Below are positions 28,852 to 39,327 of a DNA stretch of 64,000 nt, piece after piece. The notes under the pieces were generated by a model that was not told the DNA's origin, did not search any database, and worked only from the letters and a program-made list of their open reading frames with translations. Made by a program: the position numbers and the translations under genes. How positions within the stretch are numbered: the stretch's first letter is position 1; every line of letters starts with the position of its first letter. The DNA comes from a virus. Location of the stretch: IMG/VR virus record IMGVR_UViG_3300030090_007211, positions 1-64,000 of that record; one strand, given 5' to 3'.

Positions 28852-30801
28852 TTACTTTTCTTCGGTTTCAATTATCTTATCTATCTCTTTAGACATTTCT
28901 TCTATTTTATTATTTAAAGTGTCTACTTCTTCATCCATCTCACCTAAATCATAGATTTTTTCCTCTTTATCTAAACTTTCTACTAATCTATCATAGTATA
29001 TATTATTATATTTTTTAATTTTTTTATCTAATTTTTTCTTACTTTCTTCTACTAATAAATTTTCTTTCTTCTTAGTAGATTCTACAGGCATTTCTGCATC
29101 TGCAATTTCACCTCCTTCTGTAGCACCTGCATCTGTGGCAGCAGCACTTTCCATACCACCTGCAATATCAGCCCCAAAGTCTGCCCCAAAATCGGCACCA
29201 CCGGTATCACCACCAGTATCGCCTCCTTCAGCACCTCCTTCAGCACCTTCTCCACTTCCACCAAATTCACCATAAAGAGTATCTACTCTATCAAACACAC
29301 CAGTTTTCTTAATTACTGTGGATGTTTGTTCCATTTCTGCACTAGCAGCTTTTTCCATTCTTTGTTGTTCTAAATCTACCCTTATCTCTTCTTCAGACAT
29401 ACCTAAAATATCTCTTTTAGCTCTAGTCATTGAATAAGCACCAAATCCATTTCCTGCATCGGATACTGCATCTTTATAAAGAGTAACTTTCAATTGAGTT
29501 TGTTCAACCTTTAACATCTCCGCTTGGGTAGAAGGATTATTTAAAGAAAGAGTAAAATTTTCTAACTCATCCTCCAACCCTAAAAGGTAAAGATGAATTA
29601 TAGCAATTTTATTTAATTCTTGAATAATTGCTTGTTGTACTCTATTAATAGTTTTAGAAAATCTAATATCTTGTAATGCCAAATTTTTCCCTTCTCCTGT
29701 TACCTCTTCAAAATTTAAAAACGCTTTAGGAACTCTCAAAGCGGTAAATAATTTTTTCTGTAGAAATTGAATGTCTGCAATTTCGGAAAGATTAGTTGCA
29801 CCTGGAAGAGTATCTATTGGGCTTGGTGCATTAGGATCTCTAACAGGGATAAAATAATCTTGATCTTGTGCCATTTGATTATAACGTGTATCTACTTGAC
29901 CTGTTTGTTGATCGATTACCGGACTTCTTTTGAAATTATTAGCAATTTTATTAACATAAGCAGGAACATCTTTTTCATCTATATTACCAACAAATATTTT
30001 AAAGATTCTTCTTTCAGGTGCTCTGGTTACCCTATAGATTAACATTGCATCTTCTGACAATAATAATTGCTTCCAAATTCTTCTTGCCTTTTCTAATATA
30101 GATGTACCATAAGGTAATCTTCTATCATCACCTAGCAATCTAAAATGGGCTACTTGCCACGCATTAAATTCTAATTCTTTTTGTCCCCATTGAAACTTAA
30201 CAGGATTAAATCTATCTTCAGTAGATGTAGTAGTGTTAACACCAAACCCATCGTTTTCTTTTCTACTTATTTCTATGTTAGGTAATTGTTTAACTCCTTG
30301 TACACCATTTTCACTATCCATACTTAAATAAAGGAAATTATCCCCATATTTACAAGTGTTTCTTACCCACATAGGTAAATTAGTATGTATATCTAATCTA
30401 TTGAAAAATAAGTCTTGTAAAACTCTTCTAACTCTTTTACTCTCAGAAAATATGTTAAGGATTCTACCTTCTCCATTAGGTGTGGTAGATTCTTCCATAA
30501 ATATATCTAATGCTGCAGCAATTTCAGGGAAAAATTCCATTCCTTCATAATCTGCATAAGACGCTAAACGGGTAGTTTCATAATAGATAGAATGTTGATA
30601 TATTTCATTATCTACTTTTTTCCATTGATTATTTAAAAATGCATCTTGTTGTAGTTGCAACTTTTGAAAATCGTATTCTTCTTTAGATTGAGTTTTTAAA
30701 AGTTCTTTATCATTTAATGAATATCTAGATTTATTTTCTCTGGTACTTCTTTCAGGACCAAATAAATCACTTAATTGTTGAAATATTGTTTTTCTTGCCA
30801 T
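28852..30801 (-). CDS. portal protein (T4 gp20-like)
   Basis: EDAMLIYRVTRAPERRIF.I.VGN, QDYFIP.R, IDTLPG, L.VP. Confidence 0.96.
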   Translation of the reverse strand: MARKTIFQQLSDLFGPERSTRENKSRYSLNDKELLKTQSKEEYDFQKLQLQQDAFLNNQWKKVDNEIYQHSIYYETTRLASYADYEGMEFFPEIAAALDIFMEESTTPNGEGRILNIFSESKRVRRVLQDLFFNRLDIHTNLPMWVRNTCKYGDNFLYLSMDSENGVQGVKQLPNIEISRKENDGFGVNTTTSTEDRFNPVKFQWGQKELEFNAWQVAHFRLLGDDRRLPYGTSILEKARRIWKQLLLSEDAMLIYRVTRAPERRIFKIFVGNIDEKDVPAYVNKIANNFKRSPVIDQQTGQVDTRYNQMAQDQDYFIPVRDPNAPSPIDTLPGATNLSEIADIQFLQKKLFTALRVPKAFLNFEEVTGEGKNLALQDIRFSKTINRVQQAIIQELNKIAIIHLYLLGLEDELENFTLSLNNPSTQAEMLKVEQTQLKVTLYKDAVSDAGNGFGAYSMTRAKRDILGMSEEEIRVDLEQQRMEKAASAEMEQTSTVIKKTGVFDRVDTLYGEFGGSGEGAEGGAEGGDTGGDTGGADFGADFGADIAGGMESAAATDAGATEGGEIADAEMPVESTKKKENLLVEESKKKLDKKIKKYNNIYYDRLVESLDKEEKIYDLGEMDEEVDTLNNKIEEMSKEIDKIIETEEK

Positions 30802-30854
30802 TTGTTCTTATTAATAATATACTATTATAATAAATATCTAGTAAAAACTAAATA

Positions 30855-32651
30855 TTACTTAATACCAAATAACCAATTATACTCCCCATTATCGTGACTA
30901 CCTTGATTAGGTTGTTTAGGGTTATAAGTGGGGGTATTGGTATAAAAAGGGTTAACATGTGTTTGTTTAGGGGTAGTTTCTTGAGTTTTAGAAGTTGCGG
31001 TTGCCCAACTATCTAACATTGCCTTAGTTTGATTTTCTATTTTCTCCAACTTCTTAAAGGTAGTCTGTACAATAAAAATAGGCATTGCATATGCCATAAT
31101 TAAATCATCATGATATCCTTCCATGTGATCTGGCCTCCCATTTTTATAAATAAATGTCTTCAATTCGGATATTAATCTTTCGGATCTAATTATAGTTTTG
31201 TTTTCTCGGATATGTTCCTCAAACTCACTTATCATTTGTAGTCTAGTATTACCTACATTAAAACCAGGTACCTTTTCCCCTTGTTTATAAACGCTTTTTG
31301 CATATTTTTCACTAAGTTTTCTACTTTTAGGATCATCATAATGAAGATATTTATATTCCATTTCTAATAATTTCATTACTGTAGAAACTCCCATTCCACC
31401 AGTAATATCCACAATAGTATATGCTTGATATAAATTACCATACTTATAAACTATTTCTGCCAATGAATCAGGTGGTAATTTATATTGGAATTCCGCTACC
31501 TGTTCCAAACCATCAAAATCTAATATTACTATAGTGGAACTATCCTTCCCATCTCCACGTGATACATCTACCCCCATTATGTATTTATGTCCTTCTTCAG
31601 GTTCTTTCCATATCCATGCAGATTGTTCTAATTCTGCTACGTATTTTGGTTCACACACATTATTTTTCTCATGAAATTGTATGTATTCGTCATCTACTAC
31701 ATTTCCACCAGAACTAATAAAAGATACATCTAATTCTTGTGCGATTTGTCTTTTATCACCATTCATATCATTACACATATCTTCATACCAAGGGGAAGTA
31801 GCTTTCCATCCCTCATTTACCATTATTTCGTAGGCATCAATCTCAAGGGTAGAAGTTTCATAAGTGGTACCACTATATTCCCATCTTAATTTGTCCCTCC
31901 CTATAGTTTCACATTTGATCTCTTCATTTTCACCTCTTAACCACCTTAAACCTCTATTGTATCTAACATCTTGATGCCATCTCATTTCTACAATTTTAAA
32001 ATTGTTTTTCCCTGTTTTTGCACCATCATAAGTTCTATAATATAAAGGATCCATACCATTAGGTGTAGAAATTAAAGTTACTTTACCACCGGTACCTAAT
32101 GATGTAAGTGCTGCACCAAATACTTCTGCACCATTATCAATAAATGCTGCCTCATCCATAATAAGGAATGTTGGTGTATATCCCCTTAAAGCATCTTTAG
32201 ATGTAGCTAATGCTTTAACTTCACACTGAGTATCTTTAGTTTTTATATGTCCTTTCGCTTCAATGGATAAATAAGAATCCCCTTCATCTATACCCCATAC
32301 CCATGATGGAATTTGATCTAAAAAATCTTTAATTTTTTTAAGGAATTCTTGCGCTAAGGTTTGTTTATTGGCGAGGACTAGTACTTTCCATGGATTATTA
32401 GGGTCACCAAATGCAATTTTTACTGCAATATATGCAGCAGTAGTAGTGGAAACTCCTGCCTGTCTAGGTTTAGTAACAATATTTCTATTGAATTCTTCAT
32501 AAGATTTTATTATTTCTTTTTGTTTATGAAATAATTTAAAAGGCACATATCCTTCTTGTGTTAAATCATAAGTTTTTAGAAATGTCTCAATAGCGTATAT
32601 TGGGTCACCTAAACAACGAGCAAATATCTTTAATTTTTCAGCTCTCTCCAT
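30855..32651 (-). CDS. terminase large subunit (T4 gp17-like)
   Basis: KPRQAGVST, LIMDEAAF, ISTPNG, GVDVSRGDG.D.S, HDDLIMA. Confidence 0.96.
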   Translation of the reverse strand: MERAEKLKIFARCLGDPIYAIETFLKTYDLTQEGYVPFKLFHKQKEIIKSYEEFNRNIVTKPRQAGVSTTTAAYIAVKIAFGDPNNPWKVLVLANKQTLAQEFLKKIKDFLDQIPSWVWGIDEGDSYLSIEAKGHIKTKDTQCEVKALATSKDALRGYTPTFLIMDEAAFIDNGAEVFGAALTSLGTGGKVTLISTPNGMDPLYYRTYDGAKTGKNNFKIVEMRWHQDVRYNRGLRWLRGENEEIKCETIGRDKLRWEYSGTTYETSTLEIDAYEIMVNEGWKATSPWYEDMCNDMNGDKRQIAQELDVSFISSGGNVVDDEYIQFHEKNNVCEPKYVAELEQSAWIWKEPEEGHKYIMGVDVSRGDGKDSSTIVILDFDGLEQVAEFQYKLPPDSLAEIVYKYGNLYQAYTIVDITGGMGVSTVMKLLEMEYKYLHYDDPKSRKLSEKYAKSVYKQGEKVPGFNVGNTRLQMISEFEEHIRENKTIIRSERLISELKTFIYKNGRPDHMEGYHDDLIMAYAMPIFIVQTTFKKLEKIENQTKAMLDSWATATSKTQETTPKQTHVNPFYTNTPTYNPKQPNQGSHDNGEYNWLFGIK

Positions 32652-32692
32652 AAGATAACTTTACTAATAAATATAAAAATGTAAATAAATCG

Positions 32693-33529
32693 TTAAAATG
32701 CGACTAATTTATCGTTTTTCCACGCCTCATAATTAGGACCTAATTCATAGGTAATTGTTCTCCCATCTCTAACTGGTTTAACTATACCTGCATTTACTGC
32801 CGCCCTAAAAAATGTTGAGTGTTGTCCAGATGTTCTCCCTTTAGAATTAATATATTCTAAAAATCCTGCTTTTGTTTTCTTAGGTTTATCTTGAATATAA
32901 TTTATGAGTGATTGTATCATACCGTCTTTCTTTTCAAAGGTAAGTCCCGCAACCTTATTGAATATTTTTATTCCATTTTGTGCTGCAAAATTTTGAATGT
33001 TTTGTCTTATTTCATCATCAAAACCTCTACCCCATGTTTTTCCATATAAATTAGATACTAATTGTATTGCTTTCTTAGGGGGATTATTTGTAAAAATATA
33101 TTCTATTGCATCTTCTATTGACAATTGTATTCTTTCCAGTGTTTCATTTCCTGCAACTGCATCATCAAATAATCTATATATTTGAAATAACTCTGCTGCT
33201 TTTTGTGGGGGTGATAAATCAGATTCCATTACATCATCACTAAATTTTGATGCAATAGCATGTACATATCTTATATAAGGTCTAGGGTCAAATCCCCTAT
33301 AACCATATCGAATAAGATTATCTAAAAGTTTATACCCAATCATATGATATAAACTTTCATCTTCTATAACTTCCTCCACACTAAAACCATAGATATCTAC
33401 TAATAATGGGAATATATCTTCTAACTCAGAATTTTCAATCTGTTTATAAACCTTATCCATAAACACCTGATGTTTGGCGTTTTCCATCATTACTCTTCTA
33501 TGTTGTGATTCTGTTAATTTAATCTTCAT
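32693..33529 (-). CDS. hypothetical late protein with leader MKIKLTESQHRRVMME; possible C-terminal winged helix
   Basis: Start revised to leader Met; C-terminal helix-helix-beta hairpin pattern. Confidence 0.75.
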   Translation of the reverse strand: MKIKLTESQHRRVMMENAKHQVFMDKVYKQIENSELEDIFPLLVDIYGFSVEEVIEDESLYHMIGYKLLDNLIRYGYRGFDPRPYIRYVHAIASKFSDDVMESDLSPPQKAAELFQIYRLFDDAVAGNETLERIQLSIEDAIEYIFTNNPPKKAIQLVSNLYGKTWGRGFDDEIRQNIQNFAAQNGIKIFNKVAGLTFEKKDGMIQSLINYIQDKPKKTKAGFLEYINSKGRTSGQHSTFFRAAVNAGIVKPVRDGRTITYELGPNYEAWKNDKLVAF

Positions 33530-33533
33530 AATA

Positions 33534-34784
33534 TTACGCACTCATTTCTAAATAATTATCTAAACTCTCCTCAAACCATTCTTTCGCTTTTGTAGTATCG
33601 GGGTAATAATAATCTAAATTAGGTAATTCTAACAACCCACTTTCTTCATCTAAGAGGGTTTTTACTACATCTATAAAATATGATTCTTGTTCTTCAGGAA
33701 ATACACCTTCTGTATCAATATAATGTTGTAATACCTTATCTATTAATTCAGTAGATATTGGTACCTTTAAATTGTATTTTGCACTATCCCCACTTTTAGT
33801 GTTTCTTACCCATTCTGGTTTACTACCAAATAACTCAGTAATTTCTTCCACTGCCCTCTCTCTTATATCATTTTCTACCACATCATTTATTGTGCTGTGG
33901 TATGCACTTCTCATATCCCTTTCTAATTCACCTAATTCATTGTGACTTAATAAAAATTCTAACACATCTTCTCCATCTACTTCATTATTTTTTATCTGTG
34001 TCCTTAATGTATTAATAAAAGTTGGGTTAATATCTAAGAAATCACCATCATCCCCTAAAACCTCTTCAGGCATACCCATTTCATATAAATCTTCTAATCC
34101 CTGACCACCAATCATAATTTTGTCTGTATATGCAGGAATAGATTCTATCACCTTATCCATTGCCTTTCCTGTCATATCTGATATTATCTCATCTCTAGGG
34201 GTATCCCAATAAGAAAAGAACTCACTAAAATCTTCACTAAATGCCTCTTCTGCTAAATCTCTATCATAAAATAATTCGGCGAAATCATCCCACCCATCAA
34301 TAGATAACACCATATTAGGATATAATCCTTCGGTGTCATTAAATGACATATTATCATAATAATTAAGTTTTATAGGTTTTTTATCATTATAATTTATTTC
34401 CCCAGTGTTAAACTTCTTATTAAACCAACCTAACTTTTTTAATATGTCATATATGGGACTATATTCTCTCCACCTAATAAACTCATCTATTTGGAATTCA
34501 CCAAATACATCCCCACCAACCTCATGATTCCAGTTAGACTTAGGGTCTAATGTCCACTTTATGAAAAAATATAAAACTACATCATAGTCTAACCCAACCA
34601 TTTCACCAAAATAAGTTAATACATCTGCAATGTTATCAAATCTAAAACCTGTTTTAAATGAATCATCATCTTCATCTCTCCATATTTTAAAAAACTCTCT
34701 ATTAAATAGACGAAACAACATGTTTTCTATTTTAGGGCTATCTTCAATAGTCTCTTTAATTATATGTTTAAATGTTAATTTCAT
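33534..34784 (-). CDS. acidic hypothetical protein with leader MKLTFKHIIKE
   Basis: 416 aa ORF in late operon. Confidence 0.8.
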   Translation of the reverse strand: MKLTFKHIIKETIEDSPKIENMLFRLFNREFFKIWRDEDDDSFKTGFRFDNIADVLTYFGEMVGLDYDVVLYFFIKWTLDPKSNWNHEVGGDVFGEFQIDEFIRWREYSPIYDILKKLGWFNKKFNTGEINYNDKKPIKLNYYDNMSFNDTEGLYPNMVLSIDGWDDFAELFYDRDLAEEAFSEDFSEFFSYWDTPRDEIISDMTGKAMDKVIESIPAYTDKIMIGGQGLEDLYEMGMPEEVLGDDGDFLDINPTFINTLRTQIKNNEVDGEDVLEFLLSHNELGELERDMRSAYHSTINDVVENDIRERAVEEITELFGSKPEWVRNTKSGDSAKYNLKVPISTELIDKVLQHYIDTEGVFPEEQESYFIDVVKTLLDEESGLLELPNLDYYYPDTTKAKEWFEESLDNYLEMSA

Positions 34785-35005
34785 ACTTTTTGAAACATCT
34801 GATCCATTACTTGATAAATTGCGTCGATTACTGCATAAGAATCATAACCAAAATTATCTTTATGTGTTTCCACAATAGAACGAATGCAAGAATCTACATC
34901 TCTTTCTAGTCTTTCCCATTTATCGTATTTGTCTTCATAAGAATCTGCGAAATATTCATTTACAATTCTTTTATATTGACTTTCTGTTAATTTAATTTTC
35001 ATCAC
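34781..35005 (-). CDS. small protein with leader MKIKLTESQYKRIVNE
   Basis: ORF with shared leader. Confidence 0.8.
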   Translation of the reverse strand: MMKIKLTESQYKRIVNEYFADSYEDKYDKWERLERDVDSCIRSIVETHKDNFGYDSYAVIDAIYQVMDQMFQKV

Positions 35006-35252
35006 CCTCTTTTTTATTCATAAAGAAATCAAACACACTATCAATGTTTGTTTTAGATTCACTTATTTTATCATCCGCCCAATCATGTCCATCACATAAC
35101 ATATCATCAATCCATTGAGGATCAAAATCATTTAACATAATATCTATTTGTCTCCTCATTTGTTTAAGGTTACCAAAAAACATATAGTTTCTTTCTCTAG
35201 ACCCTTCTTTAATAATTTTTTTATATTGTTCTTCCGTTAATTTAATTTTCAT
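34992..35252 (-). CDS. small protein with leader MKIKLTEEQYKKIIKE
   Basis: Start revised to leader Met, removing overlap with upstream gene. Confidence 0.8.
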   Translation of the reverse strand: MKIKLTEEQYKKIIKEGSRERNYMFFGNLKQMRRQIDIMLNDFDPQWIDDMLCDGHDWADDKISESKTNIDSVFDFFMNKKEGDEN

Positions 35253-35256
35253 AGTT

Positions 35257-36084
35257 TTACCATTTTTTACATGACCAATAACGTGCTTTCCATTTAGGTC
35301 CGGGATTATCACAATTATGTCTAGCCCTAAAAGAACGTCTTTTATCGGGATCATTTTTCTTTATTCTTACCCCTTTTTGTCCAAAATCTACTTTTACAAC
35401 ATTATCTTTATCATTTTTAACATATACCTTAAATTTTTTAACGTCTCCCGCCATAGGTTTATTTAATTTTACTTTACGACCTTTATATTCCGCTTCTTCT
35501 AGTTGGGTGGATTCATTTTTACTTTTTTTAGATTTTTTTGCTTTTTTCCACAAATCTTCATCTGCTTTGCGTGCACCACCAGAACCAGTAATAAAAGAAT
35601 TAACTCTACCCATTGCCCACGCATTTTGAGGTGTTCCTGGTCTATGACCGCTGTTCCATGCAGCCATCCCTCTATTATATACTTGTTTTAAAATAGAAAA
35701 TGAAATACCACTATCTTTAGATTTATTTTTTAGTGCTTTATCACTAGTTTTAGATTCTACTATTGAATGTGATTCACCAAACATTTTTTCATATGCTTTA
35801 GTGGAAGCACTTTTTTTAGTTTTATATCTTTTTCCTTCTCCTCCTTTACCTGATTTATAATCTGCATCCCATTTAGTTTTATAGGTATCTTTACCAGCGT
35901 ATTTATTTATTTCTTTACGCATTGCAGATTTATTCTTCGTCAGGTACTTTTTAGGTATTTTCCTTTTCTTTTTTTTACCTTCACCTATAGGTTCTTCACT
36001 ACTAAATAGTCCTGTTGACTTCCCATCGAATCTCATTTCTTTTATTATCCTACGTAATTGATTCTCTGTTAATTTAATTTTCAT
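35257..36084 (-). CDS. basic multi-module protein with leader MKIKLTENQLRRIIKE (DUF5824-like middle module)
   Basis: ILKQVYNRGMAAW...WAMGRVNSFI module; C-terminal RRSFRARHNC...YWSC module; late motif 36100-36106. Confidence 0.75.
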   Translation of the reverse strand: MKIKLTENQLRRIIKEMRFDGKSTGLFSSEEPIGEGKKKKRKIPKKYLTKNKSAMRKEINKYAGKDTYKTKWDADYKSGKGGEGKRYKTKKSASTKAYEKMFGESHSIVESKTSDKALKNKSKDSGISFSILKQVYNRGMAAWNSGHRPGTPQNAWAMGRVNSFITGSGGARKADEDLWKKAKKSKKSKNESTQLEEAEYKGRKVKLNKPMAGDVKKFKVYVKNDKDNVVKVDFGQKGVRIKKNDPDKRRSFRARHNCDNPGPKWKARYWSCKKW

Positions 36085-36118
36085 AACTATAGTTTACTAA
36101 TAAATAGTTTTAAAGCAT

Positions 36119-36144
36119 AAAAAAATCCCACATTTGGTGGGATT
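36119..36144 (-). terminator. intrinsic terminator
   Basis: AATCCCAC-N5-GTGGGATT followed by U tract on the - strand. Confidence 0.8.
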
Positions 36145-36174
36145 CTCTTTCACTCTTCACGATTCTACTATCTC

Positions 36175-37626
36175 TTACAAATATTTATGTAATTTCTCAA
36201 CAGTATCTATATCCCCCGCATCTAACGCATCATCAATTAAAGATTCTATTTCACGTTTAGACATTTCGGAATAATCAATCTCTCTCGGTTCTTCTTGTTG
36301 TGGAATAATAGGGTCTTCTACACCAGCGTCTACCATTAAATCATCCAACCCATCTTCAAAATTATCTTCATCACCCATAATAAAATCTTCCAATTCCTCA
36401 TCACTATCGGCTTCGTGTAATTCTTTTAAATGACTAATTACTTCACTACATTTACCACTTTGAGATAATATCTCTTTAATAAATTTCATAAATTTATCTG
36501 CGGGTAATTTAGTTAGTTCATGAAATAACCATTGTTTAATACTATAATCTTCAGGATCAATACATTCTACAAATTTTTCCCACATACCTGGTCCCAATCT
36601 CATACCCCAAATCTCACCTTCTATTGTATCTGCTCTTTGTATAACATGTTTCTGTTCTTCAAAGTCTAAATGACCTTCACCCCAATTAGATGCTGCTAAT
36701 TCCATAGAACCTTTAATTAATTCATGTACTAATAATGGGAATATCCACGCCTTCGCTTCAATTCTTGGTTCTAACTCTCGAGTATCTTTGGGCATTTCTA
36801 AATCTTCATCTTCTTCTCCTCCTTCATTTTCATCTCCTGCTTCTACCCATTTAATTTTTTCTGTACCACCAATTTGTCCGCCCATTGCTTGGTCAGGAAT
36901 TATCCAATACTGAAAATCTGCTAATGACATTAATTTACCATATAATCCCATTAATCTAGGATCAATTTGATCTAATTCATCTGCTACCATATGAAATATA
37001 TAATGTCCTTTTTTAGATGCCCCCTGCATTAATGCATTTATTATATTTCTTTTATCCACCTCAATTTCTAATTCTTCCATTCTTTCTGCACTCTGTGGTT
37101 GGAATTCTTCTGGTTCTTCTTCGTCTCCATCCTCTTCATCATTTTCCAAATCCAATGGGGATCCTGGAGGTAGTAATTCAGCGTCTAACATATCATCTGG
37201 AATATCAAATTCCTCACTCACGATGTCTATTGCTAATTGTTCTAACTCATCTTTATGTTGAGCTTCTATTTTAGCAACTTCTCCCATTATTCTCATCATT
37301 TCCATCATCATTTGTGGATTAACCTGATCAATTCCATGATATCTTTTAACTTTATTTATAATATCTTTAAATCTAGCACTTGCTAATTTTTCAGAATAGT
37401 TTTGATCATTACCTGTTACCGGTAAACCCTTACTTTTACCAAAGGTATGTCGACCTTGACGTAAACTATCTTCAATAGAAGGATTCATTCTTTCAGGATG
37501 TCTTTCATCATATTCTATTTGTTCGTTTAGTGAACGAATTCTATTTTGTTCCTTTTTAAGTAATTGGTGTTCGCTAATTACTCTTTTGGTGATATCACCT
37601 AATTTTATTACTATTTTCTTTTTCAT
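36175..37626 (-). CDS. acidic hypothetical late protein (putative head internal protein)
   Basis: Basic N-terminus with VISE and SLNE sites, then acidic body. Confidence 0.75.
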   Translation of the reverse strand: MKKKIVIKLGDITKRVISEHQLLKKEQNRIRSLNEQIEYDERHPERMNPSIEDSLRQGRHTFGKSKGLPVTGNDQNYSEKLASARFKDIINKVKRYHGIDQVNPQMMMEMMRIMGEVAKIEAQHKDELEQLAIDIVSEEFDIPDDMLDAELLPPGSPLDLENDEEDGDEEEPEEFQPQSAERMEELEIEVDKRNIINALMQGASKKGHYIFHMVADELDQIDPRLMGLYGKLMSLADFQYWIIPDQAMGGQIGGTEKIKWVEAGDENEGGEEDEDLEMPKDTRELEPRIEAKAWIFPLLVHELIKGSMELAASNWGEGHLDFEEQKHVIQRADTIEGEIWGMRLGPGMWEKFVECIDPEDYSIKQWLFHELTKLPADKFMKFIKEILSQSGKCSEVISHLKELHEADSDEELEDFIMGDEDNFEDGLDDLMVDAGVEDPIIPQQEEPREIDYSEMSKREIESLIDDALDAGDIDTVEKLHKYL

Positions 37627-37633
37627 ATCCCTA

Positions 37634-38296
37634 TTAATTTATACTTTGTATTCCTACCCAAAATTCCCAAGCCTCTCTACCCATTTTTTCAAATACTCTT
37701 TGTACATGGTTATGTTCATGATTTCCAGTAGTGTTTTCTATTCTTTGTAGTGCTGCTCGTATTAGTACATCTCTAATATATCTTTTATTATCTAATAAAT
37801 AATTTATATGTTTTAATTTTTCTTCTAACATGGAGATATCACTATCATTTTCCCCATCTTCATTATCATATTCCTCCTCTTCAATTTGGTTCTCAAGAGA
37901 CTCAGGATCTTTTCTTTCCCCATATAAAAATCTATATAAGTCATCTCTAGTCCAATTTAAAATAGGATAGGAACCAAACATATTAACGATACCACTTTGT
38001 CTAAGAATTTCGAAATATTTCATTATATCTCTTCTTTCTTGACCAGTAATTTCATTTAATCTAGGAAAATCGTATTGATCTCTTCTTTGTTCAGAAACAA
38101 TAAACTTAGAATGGATGTATTCTTTTAAATCCTTTTTTTTCATTTTAGGGTTAGTATTTTTTTTAAGAGATTTCATTTCTTCTTCATCCATTTTTTTAAA
38201 CCCATCAGTGGCATAATATAATTTTACTTGTTTATCAGTAAAAATCCTACCACTAGGGCTTATATTTTTATTTTTACCTATTTTTTTAAAAGGCAT
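37634..38296 (-). CDS. hypothetical protein with DUF5049-like LRQSGIVNMFG motif
   Basis: Motif recognised by eye only. Confidence 0.6.
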   Translation of the reverse strand: MPFKKIGKNKNISPSGRIFTDKQVKLYYATDGFKKMDEEEMKSLKKNTNPKMKKKDLKEYIHSKFIVSEQRRDQYDFPRLNEITGQERRDIMKYFEILRQSGIVNMFGSYPILNWTRDDLYRFLYGERKDPESLENQIEEEEYDNEDGENDSDISMLEEKLKHINYLLDNKRYIRDVLIRAALQRIENTTGNHEHNHVQRVFEKMGREAWEFWVGIQSIN

Positions 38297-38305
38297 AATA
38301 AATGT

Positions 38306-38926
38306 TTATTTTCTCGCGTTACAGAAAGCATCTGCTAATCCTGCTCTATAATGAAGTTTTTTACTATTACTTCTTCGAGCTTTGTCTATACAACCTTGAT
38401 CGCAACCATTTTTAAATCCATTATCTATACAATAATCTCTAAATGTCCCTTCAGTGCCGTCTTTTTCTATTTCGTCTGATACATCTTGCATCCAGTCTTC
38501 TTCTTCTTTTACAGTAATTGTAGTATCACTATCTTTAGGTAATCCTTTTTCTATTTCTAATGCTTGTGCGGCATCTTTAGCTTGAATAACTCCTTCATCT
38601 ACCACTACTTCATCAGCAACTTCGATATCCATATCTGGAGTTGATAGGTTTTGTGAAATATAATCAAACATTTGTTGACCATACACATCATAAAGCCTCT
38701 CAATTATTCTTTTAGGATTTTTCCTCATATATCTTAATACTGCTGGTGGAATTTCTTCACCATACTGACCGAATACACCTTCTATTTCTGCTTCTTTAGG
38801 AGATTGACGGTATTTAGATTTACTGTAAGTATCCTTCATTTCATGCTGCTCAAATAGATTTTCCATTATACCTCTTCTTACAGCTCTTTTAATTTCTGAT
38901 TCATAAATTTTAACCTTCTTTTTCAT
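38306..38926 (-). CDS. hypothetical protein with leader MKKKVKIYESEIKRAV
   Basis: Leader variant; C-terminal four-Cys module. Confidence 0.75.
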   Translation of the reverse strand: MKKKVKIYESEIKRAVRRGIMENLFEQHEMKDTYSKSKYRQSPKEAEIEGVFGQYGEEIPPAVLRYMRKNPKRIIERLYDVYGQQMFDYISQNLSTPDMDIEVADEVVVDEGVIQAKDAAQALEIEKGLPKDSDTTITVKEEEDWMQDVSDEIEKDGTEGTFRDYCIDNGFKNGCDQGCIDKARRSNSKKLHYRAGLADAFCNARK

Positions 38927-38928
38927 TT

Positions 38929-39327
38929 TTATACGTTTAATAATTCTTTATTATATTGTAATACCATATCTTTTTCATATAGTTTTGATTCTACTGACTC
39001 TATATCCTCCCCAAAAGAAAAGAATAATCTTTTATCAGGATATTCATCATACCCCTCCAAATTTTCCCATGCGAGTGCTACAATACCATCTACCGCATCC
39101 CACATTGCAAAAGAATCAGATTCTTGAACTATATCAAGTTTTAATTCTCCTACTAACACACCAGATTTTTTAACAAAATTTTCTGCTGGGGGTTCAGGGT
39201 TATTAGATGCAGGATAAGAATCCCATCCTTCACCGTCTATATCTTCTAATATATCAGAAAAGAGAAATTCATATATGAAGTTCCCTTTCCAATTTTGACC
39301 TACCTTATTTATGTAAACTAAATTCAT
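38929..39327 (-). CDS. hypothetical protein
   Basis: ORF coupled to neighbours. Confidence 0.75.
   Translation of the reverse strand: MNLVYINKVGQNWKGNFIYEFLFSDILEDIDGEGWDSYPASNNPEPPAENFVKKSGVLVGELKLDIVQESDSFAMWDAVDGIVALAWENLEGYDEYPDKRLFFSFGEDIESVESKLYEKDMVLQYNKELLNV

Noticed and set aside
30855-32651. Intein or intron in terminase (also considered for thyA and clpC)
   Set aside because: Normal lengths, continuous frames, no splice motifs seen.
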